Source of the DNA: Epiperipatus broadwayi
Lineage: Eukaryota; Animalia; Onychophora
NCBI GenBank assembly: GCA_028023455.1
Contig: JAQFVV010000010.1
Coordinates: 15,500,001-15,564,000, forward strand
Length of the DNA stretch: 64,000 nt
Reading direction: 5' to 3'
The notes below the pieces were generated by a model. The model ran no database searches. It had not been told where the DNA came from and was given only the letters and a program-made list of their open reading frames with translations. Position 1 is the stretch's first letter, and each line of letters opens with the position of its first letter. Shown piece by piece: positions 39,015-53,251 of this stretch. The position numbers and the translations under genes are program-made.

Positions 39015-42000
39015 CATTTAATGAAATTATATATATATAACAATTACTAATTGTGAGATTATATGCAGGAAATTATTATGCCGTTTATAATTTTATATTA
39101 AAAAGATATTTATAATTATTAATCTGAAGGTGTATACAAATAAGACCTACGAGTCCATTAAATAATCCTAGATCTGTTTTGGTAACTTTGGAGATGGATT
39201 TCTCAGTTCCTGCAATGACTTGCCACAAATACAATTGCAGAAATTCCAAAACTTCTTCAAAAATCAGAAGAGTGATGCTTAAAAAAGGAAGGAATCTCTG
39301 ATTTGCTCTCCTATTTGTTATTTTTAAATCTTATTTTCTTTCATATAGTAATTTTAACTTATGGGAAAGAGTAGATTAATTAATTATAGTTAAATGGTTT
39401 AAATTAAATTCCTCTAATTATACAACATTTCTCTTCCAGTGTGTATAATTTAGATTATAGATATTTTTTTCCCCACTTCCACAAAAAGTTTTTAACAAAA
39501 ATACTCTTTAAAATATCTTGGTGGATTTTTTTCGAGTTCTCAATGTTTCCATTTTGCATTCCTGTATATTTTTATTGTTGATCTCTGCTGTCTTTGTCAT
39601 CTGCTTTTTTATTCTCTTTGACACCTCTTATTACTAAATTCTGTTGTTTTGTTTTATGCTATCACTTATAGTTTGTGGTGTCTTGTTTCTGATTCAGCTA
39701 TTTGATTTTTGCAGCTTTTGACTAGCTACTGTTGCTTTTGCTAGAGATTAGTTTTTCCCAGCTTTCACAAATTATTACTATTATCCCCGACATTAAACAT
39801 TTTGCATTCTGCTGTTAAATTCGTAAGCATATCTTTAAGGAGTAAAAGAGTTCTGTCCTCAGTTTTCTTTTCATAAGCAATTCAGCTGGACATTCATTAC
39901 TTACTGCTGAGAAAATAGAATGCTAGTATGACAACATCCGATAAATTGTCTCTTTCACATTAGAAATTTCTTCTCTCAGTGAAAATTGCAGTTGATTAAC
40001 AATGCTTCTGCCAAACCATTAGACTCTATGATATGCTGGTAAGCACATAAGCTTAGTGCCCAGACTTCTAAATATTTTTCAAATTTTTCCGAAGTAAACC
40101 CAATCATTATCCATAAGTATTTCTGGATAACTGCATTAAAAATATTTGTTTAGTTTATGAACAATTTTATCAGCATCAATATTTTTTACAGTGATATTCT
40201 AACCAATGGCAGTGAGCATCAATGAGTATTAAGAGTATATGGTCCATAAAGGAACGTGTATGATCAACATGAACATATTGCCATGAATTTGTAGCCTGTG
40301 ATGAATTGTATTCTTATTTTAGTAATCGAGCATTTTGATTGAGATGCTGTGCACTTTTTGGTAAATGTCTTGATATCTTAATTAATTTTAGGCTACCGAA
40401 ATATAGCTTCTAGTAAGTGTTTCAGCACTTATTACTTCCGGATGTCTGTTGTGCAGTATCTTGAGTACTTTACTATGATCTTGGAGATATATTTCTATTC
40501 TATCCCCATCTAATATGCATTTTTTATATAGACATCTTCACGAAAATTCCAAAAAGACAATGACAAGACCTGAGGCTATTTAACGGGTCAATCTTTACTA
40601 ATCGACTTTATTAATAGTTGGTATCCTGGATCATTGATAGTAAACTGCTACTATTTAATAAGTGGAGATGATCAACATAAGTAATGTTTACTGTTTTTAC
40701 TTCCAATCTATCTGGCATTCACAAAATGCATCTGCATGTTGTATTAATCCATCTTTTTATAGCTTAATTCATTGTCATAAACTGAAAGTTGATATATATG
40801 GGCTGAGATGATCTGGGGTGGGTTTTATTCTTGCCAATATACCAAGCAATGATTTGTGAGCAGTTATGGTAGTAAAATGAAATATAGTAGTGATGGACTT
40901 TTTGAATTCCAAAAACCATAGACATAAAGACTCGTTATCAGGCTGAATCCACCCATTAAATAATGTATCTGCTTTCACCTGAAAAATGATTAGTGCCACA
41001 ATAATATCAAATGGGAAAGTTATAAATAAACAATCTGACTAGTTGTAATCAACAACTCTGAGGTTTTTATTGACAGGTATTTGATGAAATGTAGCATGAA
41101 GATTGAGTTTAACAAAGTACAATGATTTCTGTAACAAAGCTAGGATCTCTTGCATTGGGTATTTGGTATGCAGTATTACATAAGTTTTTGTTGTCATCCA
41201 GTAATCTGCAAATTCGTATATTACTATCTGGTTTGACAACTATCACAATAGTAGTAGTCCACTGTAAATTTTTGGTCAGATTGTATACCCCTTTGAATGA
41301 AATCGTTAAGCATTACTACCATTGCTGTCTGTGCAAATAGCACCTTTTGGTTTTTTTTTGCATATAATTGGGGCTGAGTTTTCTTTAAACTCCAATTGAA
41401 CATGTGTTCTTTTTATATCCCCCAATTTTGTCTTACATAGAACCAGAAATTTATTCTGGATTACTTTTCCAATGTTAATTTTTTCTATGACATTGATGCT
41501 TATCTCAAGAGATTTAAACCAGTTCTAACCTATTAATGGATTTATCTTCTTGGAAACTATGTACAAAGGCAACTTATGGCTTTTCACATTTGATTTTACT
41601 TGTATTTTAATAATTTCTATTATTTCCACAGTATTGCCATTTGTGTTTAGCTCTCAAGTTTTTTTTTAATTTTTGGGGACTGTGTCTATTAGTGACTGCA
41701 ACCTTCCAATCTTTAAGAGATTAATGCAACGCTGAACCACTGTCAATCTCCATATTCAAATGTTGCCTACAATTAATACTAGGAGCTTTGAGAGTTCTAC
41801 TTCATTGCGATTAAGATTTTTAATTTTAAGGTTGCCTTTGTTTTTCTTTCTATTTTATGTTTATAACATACTGTTGCTAGATGACCCTTCAGACCACAAC
41901 TTATGCAGTTCTCTTTATTATGCATATATTACAAGTTCTGTAGCCTGGTTTATTGAAGCAATAACAAATTTACTATCATTTACATTCTGCTGTTTTTGTT

Positions 42001-43007
42001 TTATCCTTTTGTTAGGATATTATCAATCAAGCCCCAATTTATGTGTGATACCTTTTTAATGGCCTCTTTATATGTTAAGTCTATATCTGCAAGTAGTTGC
42101 TTTCTAAATTTAATTTTGAACATATCCAAAGCAATTGTTCTAAAAGGATCTCTTCCGGAATTTGCCATAGGCACAATTCATAGCAAATCTCTGAGAGCTT
42201 CTTTTTTTGGCAGATGCTGATTTCTAAAATATAACCTTACAATATGTTTAGAGGAAAGAGGGTAAAAATAAGCAGATATCTTTTCTATCACTTCATTGTA
42301 AGCAAAGTTTTCCAGTTTTGCCAGTTCATATAAATGATTTGCAATTTCTCTTATTTTAATCTGGCAAACCCCAGCAACATTGCTACTTTTACATAGTCTT
42401 TTTGACAAAAAAAATCTTTCCTACATGTTTAATATACAATGACCAATTAGCAGCATTCTTGATATCAAACTCTCCAAATGATATTTGCGCTATTGAGATC
42501 ATTATTAATAATAAGTACAAAATTCAATTACAATTAGGTTCTAGACTGATTGACTGTACCAACTGTATTATTTAACCTAACTGAGAATAACCACAAAATT
42601 CAGAACACTGATAAATTTAATACACAATTAGCCATTTAATGAAATATATATACTGTATAATAATATTTGCTAATAATAAGATGATACATAGGAAAATATT
42701 ATGATGATATAATTTTACATTAATAAAAACATTTAAAATTCTCTACTCAAAGGCCTTTAAATAATCCTAAATCTATTTTGATACTCATTGGGTCTCTATT
42801 TTCTACACTTCATTGCCATGAGTACAATTACGAAAATCCCAAACAGTTATTTGCAATTCAGTAGCAGAAGAATATATCTAAAGAGAGGCAATCGCTGATT
42901 TGCTCGCCTATTTGTTATTTATTACTTTGTTCTGCGCACATAACTTTACTGGGGATGATTAATCAATTATAGCTAAAAGATTTTAATTCCTCTTTAATTA
43001 TGTAACA
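39015..43007 (-). mobile_element. Degenerate Ty3/Gypsy LTR retrotransposon
   Basis: LTR pair 39015-39427 and 42633-43007, both ending in ACA on + (TGT on -); polypurine tract GGAAGAGAAA next to the 3' LTR; gag-like ORF 42178-42408; RNase H TAHKSLLGILA..KP; integrase VHVDH, SNGLAE (~40007-40024) and PAELLMKRKL. Confidence 0.88.
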
Positions 43008-43789
43008 CTTTTATTGGGTAGAATGAAAATATATCGATCATTTATGATTTTCAGTTTTCCCCAAATAATATTGAATATACTGTATATGGAAACATTATTG
43101 GATTAATTATGTAGAATATGAAATAAAAACGTTGTAGAAAAGGCAAATTCTGTTTTTCAAATAAAGCAGTTAATAATTTTGATGGACTTGTCATAGCTTA
43201 CAATTCAGGAGTTAGTCATTATATATCTTATTTGCCTATTATAAAATGATTGTTTTCTTATATATTCCAATACTGTATATAATTAAATGACATAATTGTC
43301 AAGAAGTAATATTAACTGCCAATATTTTGTGGATATTTATCTAAATCATTAAAATTGTAGAGATCAGGATCAATTAAACTAATTTAGCAGAAATGCATTT
43401 TGGGGATCATTTTCTTTTTTCTAGTTTTACTCACCTTTGAAAGACATTAACATTTAGAAAATTTTCAAATATATATATATAATAAAATACAATGTAGATA
43501 TTTTCATACAGTTCATTGTAACCCTAATTTACTTACTGGATGCCATCCATAGTTTGGTACAGTGATAGATCAGATTCTGAATCTTAAAATCCATACATCA
43601 CATTCCATTCTGTCTCTTCTAAATCCCAAGTAATAAAATCATTTGATTATTTATTTAGTTAGTGGATTACAGATGGAAATCTATTGCAGTGCTATGTCTA
43701 TAAGCTGCTTCTGGACTCAAATGCTTATCCAAGCAAGCAATTATAAATTTGCAAATTCTAAAAAAGTAGGCAGATGCAATGTATTATGG

Positions 43790-46600
43790 CTTTTCCTTTA
43801 TCAGAGTCAGGAAACCTGTTAGTGACCTTACCTCACCTTCTCATTCCCCACATAAGTTTTCCCCATATTCTTTTCTGTCCTGCTCCACCCTATTTCCACA
43901 ACATCATTATACACTCTATGGTCTTTATATCTGAATCCCCCTTATTTTTTTCCAAAACCAGCATAAAAACCAAGAACCCACTTTATTTTCCCATACCTAC
44001 ATTATTTGTACCCTTTCTGCTTGTATGCATTTACATTCAATTAACATATGCCTAATATTTTCCATGCCTTCTTTACATAACTTGCAAATTAAATCATTCA
44101 CATTCCTCCATTTATGTGTATATTCCCTTGTTGCTAATAATCCTGTTTGAGGCTTAAACTATTTTCCTTGTTATCATCATAAATTAACTTGCACCCAATA
44201 TTCTGTTTACTTCTATATATATATTTAAATTCCATACTAGTTCTCCAGATCCCTATTTTTTATTAATGCATCTATTCTATCCCATTCTTTGTCACTATAA
44301 CACTCAACAATTTTCCTAACATATTCATCCCATCTTTTGTACAAGTATACTAACATAAAATCTATCCAAATCTTCTGCATGCCATACTATCTTTCTTACA
44401 CATCTTGTTGCCTATCCTTTACTCATAACCCAATTAAATACTATTTTGGCTATTCTCTTACTATCCATTTATTGCAATCTACTGAACAGTTTCATTTTGT
44501 TTTTTGCATCTCTCATATAAAAACTTAATCATCACATTTTTCTTTGAATTGCCTCCTTTGCCATCCACACATCTGCATCTAATGCATGTCTTTCTATTTC
44601 TCTTTGTACTTTTTCTAAGTAATCTAACATCCCTTTATTAACACATAGGGCATTATTACTATAAATTAACCCTACTGCTGCCACTCCCATACAATTCTTG
44701 CTACATCATATTTATTATACAAAAACACTTAATTTCTTTGTCTTTTCTTTGCTTCATTTATCACTTTTTTCTCCCATTCATCCAAGCAATTTTTCTGATT
44801 ACTTAAGACAATTCCCAAATAGTTATTCCCTATTCACCACATTTAACTTTATATTCTCCAATAAAAATTATTTCACTTCTCTTTGCTCACCATTTATCAT
44901 CATTACTTTTAATTTTTCTTCACTAAATTTAATCTCTATATCTTTACCCACTCTTTGTGCATGTCTTCAGCATAACTTCCATATCTTTTCTACTTTCTGT
45001 GCACAAGATATCATCAGCAAATAATAGACCTGGTAATATATACACTCTCTTGTCATCTATTAATGGTATCTCTACCTTGTTTCCTAGTCTTTCTTTTGTT
45101 ATCTGCCTGTATTCCTACTCATATTTATAAGTTGTGTTATTACAAATAAACTATTTCCTATATCTATCCAATTTAAAACCTTGCAATTCGCCCACTATAT
45201 TAATTTGTACCATCTATTTGCCATTCTTCTAGCCACCATATATGGAAAACTTTATATAATACTGCTGTTACCACTATCATTCTACAATTGATTAACTTTC
45301 TATGGTCCTTACTCTTTTCTTTAAATACTAGCCTTACTCTTGTATTATTCCAGCTATCTGGAGTGTCTTCTGTGCCACCTTATTAAAACATAATAATACA
45401 TTTCCCCCTATTTCGCAAATTCATCACCATCTCTGCTGCACAACCATCTAAAATTCTTGCCTTTCTACTTTTCAATTTCTTCCCTGCCTCATTCAATTTA
45501 TTTTCTGTAAAACTAATATTTCCATTACTATATCTTTGTTTGTTATCACTGTCCTTCACATTTAACATCCTTGCTATATCCATTACATACTTATTTAAGA
45601 TTGTCTCTAATTCTTTTCTAGAGCTATACTCTTTTGTCTCATCATTTAGTAATACTATTTCTCTCGACCCTACATTTCTTCTTTTAATATATTCCAAATT
45701 TTTTACTCCCATTTCTTCCACCATTATTAATATCCTCCAATAATTTACTATTTAATTTTGTTCTCTCTATATAGTTTTTTATTTAGCCAATTTCTTTTTT
45801 AAAAAAAAAAAGTTTCTCATTTAATATTAACATCTTTTTCACTTTCTTTGTTTTTAATAGCACATAATTTCTGCAAGCTTTTCCCCCTCTTTTACACTTT
45901 CACTAATTCTCACTTTTATTCTTCTGAATATTCTCACCTAACACCCTATCTACCTCTTTTTCTACTTAACTACACCAATCCTTATATTCATCACCAACAA
46001 ACACTATGCTTTTTTTCTACATTTACATTCTTCTAACTTATTCTTATATCATTCATTCTCCATCCACATCTTTCACTATCCTTTCTACTTTTATTACTAT
46101 TTTCCATCACATTATTAATCATTTCTATTATAAAAAAAATTATGATCACTATTATATTATCTTCATTATCAAATACTTAATTTTCCATACTTTATTCATT
46201 TCCTCTTTTTCTATTAATACATAATCTATTGTGTGAAATATATTCTTTCTAGTCATGTATATTACCCCTCATAATATTTGACAAATTTCCAGTGATCAAA
46301 TTTACTCTCAGACAAAAATTTTTCAAAACCTGTCTATTCTTGTTATCCACATAATCAATTTCTTCAATATGCCCATTTATATCTCCAATAACCATTATTT
46401 TCTTTCCCTTTTTTTTGAAATGGTATATCCTTAACTAAGCATTCATATATGCTACAGTTCCATTCCATTATAGTTTGGCCATCTCCAGTGGTTATATAAA
46501 CTATAGCCACCATGCATTCTTGTCTTCCTAACCTTATCTCAAACCACAAATGTCCTTGATACTTTACGATATTTAAATATTTTTTTGATAATTGATTAAA
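43790..46600 (-). mobile_element. Decayed APE-type LINE (endonuclease, RT, C-terminal zinc finger)
   Basis: APE-like ORF 46364-46612; FTENKLNEAGKKLKSRKARILDGCAAEMV (ORF 45383-45724); RT motif PGLLFADDI (~45006-45032); ENIRHMLIEC near 44050. Confidence 0.85.
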
Positions 46601-48124
46601 AGAGAAATACAACTTAATATTTTTTTTGAGTGACCATAGGTGAGATATATAAAAGCATTTTGTTCGGAATAAATCAACAAATAAAGATATAAATAAAACT
46701 TAAAATAATTTTAAAAGCGAAACTTAATCCATGTAAGGGCATTTAAATTGAAACAAGAGAGCTTGAAATACATATTTTTTTCAAAGAAAAGTTAATTTGA
46801 TTAATTTGTAGATAAAAACAAATTGATAATATTAATTATAAAACAAAAGATGAATCACCAATTTATTATGTATTTTTAATTACTAATCTATTGTGTATTT
46901 TTAAAGAAAAATGTAGAATTTTTATAAAAACTCCAGAAAGTAGTATAACTCTAACTATTATAAGGCGACGTTTTCCTGTGAATTATACCTGCAGCTGATA
47001 TATAGGCATCACTGCTACAAAAAATAGAAATTCTCGATTTATGGATTATTCGTTGATAGAGCCACAGAAAATGCATTGCTGATTAATTTAAAGTGCACCA
47101 GCTTACCAAAATTATGTAATTATTTTCTGAAGATTACCTGAGATTGACCTTAATGCCATAACCCTAGATTAATTACCCCACCTATGAAGAATGTGTGTCC
47201 CCATCATTTTTGGAAACAGAACATTTAAATAGAACAAATTGGAAGAAACCACAAATTTTTACCTATGCTGATCAGTAATAGAAGTTATAAAATATATATC
47301 TTAGTAAGTCTGTTCTTTTTTAAAAACTTTAATAAAAGAAAAACTTTAAAGTTACTTTGTGTTATTAGAGTTAATTATATCTTATAAATAATTAGTTTAT
47401 AAAATTAGTTATCAGTACCCTTTCATTTCATTTCAAATGAACATACTAGCATTTATCGGTTTCCTGTTTATAAAAAAGTTAAATTAGAGAGAATGCTTAA
47501 CCACCAAGATGTTATTAGGAATTAGGCAATATAGGATTGGAAATTGGTCCATTCAGTTTTTTCCTTTTCACAAACAAATGAAAAAATAGTATCCTAATAA
47601 AGATGAAAATGCACGCTTTTTTATTTAAAAATTACTTCTGATTAGTAAAGCCTATTTTGAATTCCTAGTGTTGAATCTGTGGTGATTGGAAAATATCTGT
47701 TTTTAGGTTCAATCATCTCCATCCTTACTTTATATCCTTACTCTATAAAAGTTACAACCATTAAGTTATATATAAAGATGGTCCCTGCAGATTACTGATA
47801 TATTTGAGCTCCTATGAAAGTAATATTACATAAGAGGTTATTTTATTTACTGACATACAAATTTTATTTTAGCCATGTTAAATACAAGTTAATATAGTTA
47901 GCTCAATATATTTTCACAATATTTTACAAGCTTTGCTTATGTGTTTCTATTCATTTACTTAGATTTTACTGAAACTTAGTCACATTAAACAAAACCTAAT
48001 GAAGCCTCTTATTCTTTAAAATATACTTTGCTTTAACTATAATTTGGATGAAAATAATTTTTCCAGCTTTCAATATTATACAAAGATAAAATATGGACTC
48101 GACTGTAGGAGTGCAATGCATCCC

Positions 48125-48151
48125 ACATCACATGATCATTATTTCTTATGC
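48125..48151 (-). repeat. Solo family-1 tail fragment
   Basis: acatcacatgatcattatttcttatgc. Confidence 0.65.
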
Positions 48152-48670
48152 TAGAACATTACTGTTATTCCCACATCATTGGTTAGTCGTATCATATCAC
48201 AATTAGTTTTACAATCAGTGCACTGATATTCATTTAATCTCAATTTGTGGAATCATTGACTTTTAGCTAATAATTATATACTATTTACTGACCAATGTTG
48301 AGTGGCTAACTACATTGGTCATTCACTGATTATCTTTTTTTTTAAAAAAGTATGTTTGGAAAAATTTTCCAAGATCCACACAACCTGGATCTCTGAAAAA
48401 CAGATCATAAGAAGAACATGTGGATTTGTTAATCACTATGGCATAATGTTCATTATTTTGTAGCTACTCGTATATTTTTAATCAAAAATTAATTCATAGA
48501 TATCAAAAAACTCAAGATTCTCAGTGATGAAGCATTAACAATTATTTAAATGGTTATTTTGAGACATCTTTCTGCTTAGTTGTCTAACATAGTAGTTATT
48601 TTTGTACACACACACACATTTATATTTTTATCTAGTCTCATGATTATGTACAATATGTAATTAGATGACC

Positions 48671-49019
48671 TGAACCCAGATTTTCAAGCTTCCTTCAGTC
48701 ATTCATTCCATCTTATACAATCAGTGCACATGACCACATACATGTGAAAAGTAAAATGATCTCCAGTATATGAATTTCATGCTGAACCAACAATCATCAG
48801 TTGGTCTGGATCATCATCTTCCACACACATATATAATCAGTGCTCAGTTTATATTAAGATAGCAATTCTTCAAATTTAAATAAACATATTTTAATCTTCT
48901 CCACTCTCCAACTATCCATATCATTGAAAATCTGATGAGGGCATGTTTTTGCCAATTTTGTGTATCGGTTGTATAAGATGGAGTGGATGACTGAAGAGAG
49001 CTTGAAAGTCTGGATTCAA
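48671..49019. repeat. Inverted-repeat element (~60-bp arms) ending in outward B-box-like sequences, with HHR-like relics inside
   Basis: 48671-48730 versus 48959-49019; HHR relic on - at 48757-48815; CTGATGA-GGGCA-loop-TGCC lacking GAAA on + at ~48932-48953. Confidence 0.7.
48757..48815 (-). ncRNA. Decayed hammerhead relic, family 4 (copy B)
   Basis: AUGAUCCAGACCAA CUGAUGA U UGUUG-GUU-CAGCA U GAAA UUCAUAUA CUGGAGAUCAU; core boxes intact, proximal helix I has one mismatch. Confidence 0.5.
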
Positions 49020-52000
49020 ATCCCCTCTAGCTTAAGTATATATATATTATTTGTTAAAACAAAATGACTAATTTATTTAACAATAATTATTGCCTTAATT
49101 TGTTACTTTTAGTTTATTTATATTTCTGAACAGGACTTGATTTTAAAGTCCCTAAGATTAATTATCTTGGGCTATCTTAAATTAGTTAATCTCTATTGTA
49201 CCAGATCTATATATCCAATCACTACGCCACCAAACTAGTCTATCAGTTTGGAAAATTTATTTTGTGTGAATGAATATAATCTGGACACATTTTGATATAA
49301 TAATTGCTCCTGATGCTAGCTTAGGTTAGACTATGAGACTTGTACTTATTAAACAATTGATAGACACAGTAAACAAATATCAGCCAAATTAAATTTAATA
49401 ATGGATAGAAATTTATCACTTGCAGGCTTCTTGGTGGTTGTTGGTGGTACTGCATCGCCTAGCAGCCACATTACACCCCTATACAACTACCATAAATATG
49501 ATAGTTTATTAAAACTGAAAGAACAATTAAGAAATCAAAAATTAATATATGTATCATCTATGGATGTCTTAACAGAGTACAGTATTACTAACAGCTTTGA
49601 CAAATTAATCCTCTACTTAATTACTTCATGAGTCTAAAATAATCTTTCAACAGCATTTTTATAAGATAATTGGAATATTTGTGTCGTCAACTTATAAAGA
49701 AAGAACTAAAATATTCAATTTTATGTCACTGAATGCTTATGCATATATGCTCTAACAATAAAGATGTGTGGGTGTGACAATATAATACAACTTAATAATT
49801 ATTATAAGTAAAATAAGATAGGCTATTCAATATGAGTGACATAAGCTATTTCTAAGCTGACCATGCAAAATACACGTGAGCCAATTATTTAACAATTGGT
49901 AGCCTGGGTTTAAAAGAAATTGAGCTTGACTGAAACATCACAGTCAGAAGCTCTGATGAAATGCACCAACATGTGTGGCAATAATGAACCGAGCAGGCAT
50001 AGTAACTATGCCAAAGCATTACAACCGAGTAAATAGACTGCACTTCAGGCAGTAGGCTATCTGGGTGACCAGAAGAAATACAGTATTGACCAGATAGAAA
50101 CATAGCTATCCCGGTCAAGAAAAACAGAACAGCCCTATAAACTAAGAATGGTATTTATACAGATGAGTTTTAGGTCTACACACACAAGTAGATTTTATGT
50201 ACAAATGTTAAAAGGTGATTTAGTAAACCTAAAATCAAATCCCATACATGTAAAATAAATTGAGTAACACTAATTAAAAGAAAAAATTAATTTGAAATAT
50301 TACAATCTTCTTTAAAATATTTTTTTCTGACTAATTAAAATTCAGATTTGTTTTCTTAAAAGAAAACTTCAGTGTTAAATATTTTTTGACAGAAGGAAAA
50401 AGGGATGCATTATTGTATAATAATAATTAAACTTCATTGAAATCAAGAATTTATTGAAAGCTGTCAAAGTTATCAAAAAAAGAATTTCTGTCTTTTTTTT
50501 TAAAACATAATAAACTTTAAACTTAATGCATGCTCTAAAAAAAAGTAAAACATTCATACATGACAGGTATGTACAACATTAAATAATTGATGCATAAAAT
50601 AAAGAAAAATACATTTAAATATCTTATTAGTTAATAATAATAAAAAATGTGCATATGTGAAAAGGAAAGGTCAACCCTCGCTTTTTTTAAGGTAATTAAA
50701 AGTTTATAGTACCAAAAAGCACTTAGAGGTTGAGACTTTGGTTTGTGCAATTTATCAAGTAGATTTTCAGTTGTCATTTGCCAGGCACTCAGTTGAGTCT
50801 GATAATAGGTTAGTTTTTTAGGTCAGCTTTATGGTTTCATAACATGTTGAATGATGAAGGTTCAACTTAGAGCATGGAGTTCTTGGTGAGGTGCCTAGCC
50901 CAGCATATTTAAGAAAGCAGCACTAAAAAAGTTGATGAGTTCATTGTAGCACTGCAGGCAGCTTATTTAGAACTGTTGGCAGAATATCTAATTTTTATGA
51001 AAGAGCTGGCAAGAAGTGTGGCCAGCCAGACTGAATAAAAATCCCAGCATCTGGAATAGTGTAGACAAACTTAGTGAATAATCAAGGAATGCCTCTAATG
51101 AATGAATCACTTGAAATGATTGAATAACTTGCCAAATCTTGAATCATTTGCAGTATCTTGAAGTTTTCAGAATGAAACAATAGATTTTGAGGAGCTTCTA
51201 TATTTCTTCATTCTATCATTTACACACACAAATTTTTTATAACTTTTAAGATTTGCATCTCAAAATAGCCAGTTTGTTTTAATTAAGATATTCCTATAAT
51301 TATTTGAAAAATAAGCCAATTTTTACATTCCATACTAATTACTTTTATTACATGTATTCTGAACAATGCTTAACTTTTTATTACAACAGATTAAAATTTT
51401 ATTTGCAGATTAATAATTGTTCTACAAAATTTTTAAATAATCTTATACAAAAAGAGTTTACTTATAAAGTTTACTTTTTTAAAATAAAAATTTTACAGCA
51501 CTTTTAATAAACAAAACTATTCTATCGATTTGTGTGCACATATATACATGTGATCACACTTTTACAATACATGTTTAATTTTTAAAAAATTGGAAAATTT
51601 TAAAATAAATTCACAAACAGAAATTTTAAATGAAATCTCCCCTCAAATACATATATTTGAGATATAGCAAAGCATCTGTCTTGTGAAATTTAATGCAATA
51701 TATCTGTAAACTCTTGGATAAAGACAAATAGCAATTAAACAGTTTAGAAGTATTGAAGAGATAAATTACTGATAGTTAAGGCAATTGAAGTTCTAAGTTC
51801 ATTGATAGTTAGTTGAAACCAAATTTGCCTGAGAAGGGAGCAAGTCACTATGCAGTAAACTTTAAAAAAAGATCTACAGTCTAGCATTCTTGTTAAATAT
51901 TTGATGCTACATTTATTGATGGGCATGAATTTAAAAAAGAATGTCAAAGTAAATCTCTTTTGAATCGCTTTGTTATTCATCCAAATTACTTAAAACTGAA

Positions 52001-52275
52001 ACTTTTGACAAATTTATATAAAGGATTATCAGATAAAAGAATTCCATCACTATTAAACTTAAAATTACCATCATAAGTGATACAGCTAGTTATCCATTGC
52101 TAAATTGCATCAGAATATATACAAAACAAAAATTATTATAAACTAACTTAACTCTGAAAGTTTGAATTGGCAAATGTCTATACAACTTCTATTAAATAAT
52201 TTATTTAACAAACATCACAAATCTATTGTTTAAATACAGGTGAAATGGGTCATTTTTATTTTATCTTCTTAAATA

Positions 52276-52748
52276 TATTAAATTTAAGCGTAAACAGATA
52301 ATATTATAATAACGTGAAAGCTAAACACCTTCAAACAGATACGCTTTAAAAATGCTTACGTGACAGCCAATCAGATGGAATAATGGCATCACATGGGATT
52401 CTAAATTCTAAAACACAAGCCAGAACTATTAGAAAAAGATGGGACCCATCTTAATCTATGCCTCAATTATATTTAAATAAGCCAGACTAAAGCATTTTGA
52501 ACTAAGAGTATGAAGCTTAAATACCTTCACATTTAATCCACTAAATATTAGTTCAAAATGCTTTAGTCTGGCTTATTTAAATATAATTGAGGCATAGATT
52601 AAGATGGGTCCCATCTTTTTCTAATAGTTCTGGCTTGTGTTTTAGAATTTAGAGTCCTATGTGATGCCATTATTCCATCTGATTTGCTGTCACGTAAGCA
52701 TTTTTAAAGCGTATCTGTTTGAAGGTGTTTAGCTTTCACGTTATTATA
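52276..52748. mobile_element. Near-perfect fold-back (203-bp arms) with a 27-bp one-sided extension and an 18-bp flanking duplication
   Basis: Arms 52303-52505 and 52548-52750; direct repeat ATTTTATCTTCTTAAATA at 52258-52275 and 52749-52766. Confidence 0.92.
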
Positions 52749-53251
52749 ATTTTATCTTCTTAAATAATTCTGATATAAATGATTCATGTATTATGGCCAT
52801 AAATATTACATACAAATACCATTATAATTACTGATCCATTTAATTTGAAGTATTAATAAATTCTTTAGTAATAATATTCAGATTAAACTCACTCTAAGAT
52901 ATCAGCATTTGAAGATCACCTATTTATTCTCATAGCAATATTTTGAGTAGTAATTCTCATTGATTAAAATTTGTATATAATTTTGTTTACATGAATAATT
53001 TACATTGTAATATTAATGTTATTTTATTAATTAATTAAATACTTATTTAACTCATATTTTTTTCATTCTGTGCACTCCAAAAATCTTGATTACACTAGAT
53101 AATCTTATATTTCTTCACAAAGTTAAATTAACTGGGATATTATAATACAAGCATGTATAAATTTTTGGTTGCTTTCTATATGTTGCAGTTAATGTTATAG
53201 TGTTGTGGTTCCTATAGACCAGATATTATTTCTGTATTATAAAACAAAATA

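Noticed and set aside
46985-47110. Possible 26-nt minus-strand micro-exon (tttgtag|CAGTGATGCCTATATATCAGCTGCAG|gtataa)
   Set aside because: No partner exons or recognisable peptide; such signals are expected by chance in this composition.
48991-49012. CTGAAGA-GAGCTT-GAAA-GTC as a hammerhead
   Set aside because: No helix I pairing, helix II and III too short, and the mirror copy has A9 changed to G; it overlaps a B-box-like sequence.
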